Source of the DNA: Octopus sinensis
Taxonomy: Eukaryota
DNA: 64,000 nt
Assembly: GCF_006345805.1 (NCBI RefSeq)
Contig: NC_042997.1
Coordinates: 171,058,001-171,122,000 of the forward strand
Direction: 5' to 3'
Shown: positions 61,876-64,000 of the stretch, piece by piece
Layout: each line of letters opens with the position of its first letter
Position numbering within the stretch: position 1 is the stretch's first letter
Notes under the pieces: generated by a model
Seen by the model: the letters and a program-made list of their open reading frames with translations, nothing else
Database searches by the model: none
What the model was told of the DNA's origin: nothing
Position numbers and translations under genes: made by a program

Positions 61876-61980
61876 CTTTGGAAGAGCATAGGCTCGAAAC
61901 ATAAAAGACTTTTTCATTTTTCCCCGACCGTTAAACTAATACACTTACTTGTAGTTCGTGTTTGTTTTTCTATAAATTTG
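61876..61980 (+). mobile_element. Penelope-like terminal fragment with degenerate hammerhead motif
   Basis: TTGGAAGAGCATAGGCTCGAAACATAAAAGAC...TTAAACTAATACAC. Confidence 0.55.
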
Positions 61981-61981
61981 A

Positions 61982-62113
61982 TGTATGTATGTATGTATGT
62001 ATGTATGTATGTATGTATGTATGTATGTATGTATGTATGTATGTATGCATGCATGTATGCATGGATGGATGGATGGATGGATGGATGGATGGATGGATGG
62101 ATGGATGGATGGA
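61982..62113. repeat. (TATG)n grading into (TGGA)n
   Basis: Direct reading. Confidence 0.95.
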
Positions 62114-62139
62114 TGTAAAATTTGTTTCAAGCCTGCAGG

Positions 62140-62360
62140 ATCACGTGGCCGGAACTTACCCGAGTGGCAGAGATGTTTATGTGATTAAAACTTCTCCTCC
62201 CCTGAACGGCGCGCTAGTCCGTCGTAGGGTTATCTCACTTTTCAACCGTGTGGCAAAATGCCTTGCTGAAGGACACAACACACCACTCAATCTGGAAATC
62301 AAATGCATGAGCTAACGATCGTTAGTTGGACACTCTAACCACTGGACCTCGCGTCTTCAT
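62140..62360 (-). mobile_element. diverged tRNA/CORE-like SINE
   Basis: TGCCTTGCTGAAGGACACAAC core-like block and CTCTAACCACTGG head on the minus strand. Confidence 0.5.
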
Positions 62361-63134
62361 ACATACGCGCGCGCACACAACACTTTTCGAATATCCTCAC
62401 TTTTACTGCCTTTAATTCAAATTGGTCTATTGACTGCGCCTTTATGGTCCAATATCATAATTTGTTGCATGGTTGGATGTCCACGTGCAAAAATTGCTGT
62501 TGTTGACCCAAACAAAATACTGTACATTGCTGCTACACGTTGAGAAATTTGTACATTTTTTTTCTATATTTATTTAACAAGTGCTCCCGACTTAGATGTT
62601 ACTGTCTTGAACGGATCATAAAGCGTGTCATTTTATTCGCAACAGTTGCGCATGAACGGCGCGGGGAGTCTTACTCGGCTAATTTCATATAAGGAACATT
62701 GTGACCATTACTGACCGGAATGAAGTGGGGGCAATAATGTAAAAATACTTTCATTAAGAATCGATTTTTACTCAGTCGCATTTTTTGAAAAGGAAACACA
62801 AGCGCTCTCATATTGGTGATACAGAGAACTTCCTCAAAAGTATGTTGCTAATTAAAAAATACATTACGATATTCTTTCTTATTGATAGAATGTAGCACAC
62901 AGTTTATGTGTACAGTGGGATATTTCAAATTTTAGTTTCTCTGAAACAATTCAGAGCCATCGCTTTTTCTAGTTGAATTTTGGGACCGTAAAAGTGTGGA
63001 CACCCCGATTTTCCAAAATACAAAATGAAGAAAAATCATTTCCATATAAATTTTGAAAATTAAAAAATTGTCTATTGATGACCAGGTAGTTTTTGTAAAA
63101 TAGTAGAGGGTATCATACACAACCATTATTAACT

Positions 63135-63375
63135 GTGGTTAGGGTGTCAGCATCATGATCGTAAGATTGTGGTTTCGATTCTTGGACCGGGCGACGCGTT
63201 GTGTTCTTGAGCAAAACACTTCATTTCACGTTGCTCTAGTCCACTCAGCTGGCAAAAATGAGTAACGCTGCGATGGACTGGCGTCCCGTCCAGCTGGGGA
63301 ACACATACGCCATAGAAACCAGGGAAACCGGGCTCATGAGCCTGGCTAGGCTTTAAATGGGCGCATTCTATTCTT
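63135..63375 (+). mobile_element. tRNA-headed SINE family G, 11-bp TSD
   Basis: TSD CATTATTAACT at 63124-63134 and 63376-63386; B-box GGTTTCGATTC; TTCTTGAGCAAAACACTT core. Confidence 0.85.
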
Positions 63376-63692
63376 CATTATTAACTATACACAGCTGTTC
63401 TAACTATGTTAGAAAGTTGCTGCTAATGGTTAAACTTAAACCAGCTGCAGTATTCGAAGGAGGAAAAAAAAAACCTAGTTTATTTATCTATGGATGTTAT
63501 TGAAGACATTAATATTTCGAAATATGTACCAATTATTTATTGTTTAGAACTAAACTGCTTGTAACCTACATGCGATCCATTCGTTAAGAACGTATGCCTC
63601 TTTTTTCACAGAAATAAGAATTCTAAAAGGACTTATGCTATTCATATCCAATCCGATATTGTTGTTGAGACAACGGCAGTAATTTTATTCAG

Positions 63693-63894
63693 CTGAATAC
63701 ACGTCATTGATTGGTTGAAATTACCGAAATACGACTACTTTAACCCGAAATAACTTTGAAAATATAAACTTTTCTTAACAACACTAAGAGTAAAAGATGT
63801 TTTATATGACACACTCTACCAGTGTCCGAAGTTTGAAAGTGTTTAGTAAAAAAAAAATTAATTTCTCGACCTGCCGTTCAAAAGGAAAAGATCC
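63693..63894. mobile_element. divergent, one-ended relative of MITE family D
   Basis: ACGTCATTGATTGGTTGAAATT...CTGCCGTTCAAAAGGAAAAGATCC; left end missing. Confidence 0.7.
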
Positions 63895-63899
63895 TTAGC

Positions 63900-64000
63900 T
63901 TGTGAAAATTCTTAGCAGCATTTCGTCCGTCGTTATGTTCTGAGTTCAAATTCCGCCGAGGTCGACTTTGCCTTTCATCCTTTCAGAGTCGATGAAAAGA
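63900..64000 (+). mobile_element. SINE family C, partial (runs off the window)
   Basis: GAGTTCAAATTCCGCCGAGGTCGACTTTGCCTTTCATCC. Confidence 0.85.

Noticed and set aside
62400-62700. Short coding-like frames (GCPRAKIAVVDPNKILY...)
   Set aside because: Multiple stops, no recognised family, no consistent splice pairs.

Overview
AT-rich, repeat-dense eukaryotic (animal) DNA. No complete intact protein-coding gene, rRNA, tRNA gene or CRISPR array could be supported. The SINE/LINE repertoire, long (TA)n/(GATA)n/(TATG)n tracts and TTAGGG-type repeats resemble a coleoid cephalopod (Octopus-like) genome; this is inferred from recalled repeat families, not checked. Content: dozens of tRNA-headed SINEs from several families; seven copies of a ~400-bp GG...CC inverted-repeat MITE (8-bp TSDs at four); three non-autonomous Helitrons; piggyBac- and hAT-type MITEs; decayed mariner and Tigger/pogo transposases; RTE and CR1 LINE fragments; Penelope-like remnants, one with an intact minimal hammerhead ribozyme motif; and a U6 snRNA pseudogene. 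Most ORFs in the supplied track are microsatellite or SINE artefacts. Best leads: (1) two MITE copies sit between long local direct duplications instead of 8-bp TSDs, and one duplication contains a frame-preserved, splice-site-bounded, coiled-coil-like exon candidate; (2) a sharp CpG-depleted/CpG-rich mosaic suggesting germline methylation domains; (3) a 50-bp hairpin whose five mismatches are all G-U compatible on one strand; (4) a nested fold-back palindrome at 47.3-47.9 kb. Coordinates were read by hand; repeat ends without TSDs are approximate.
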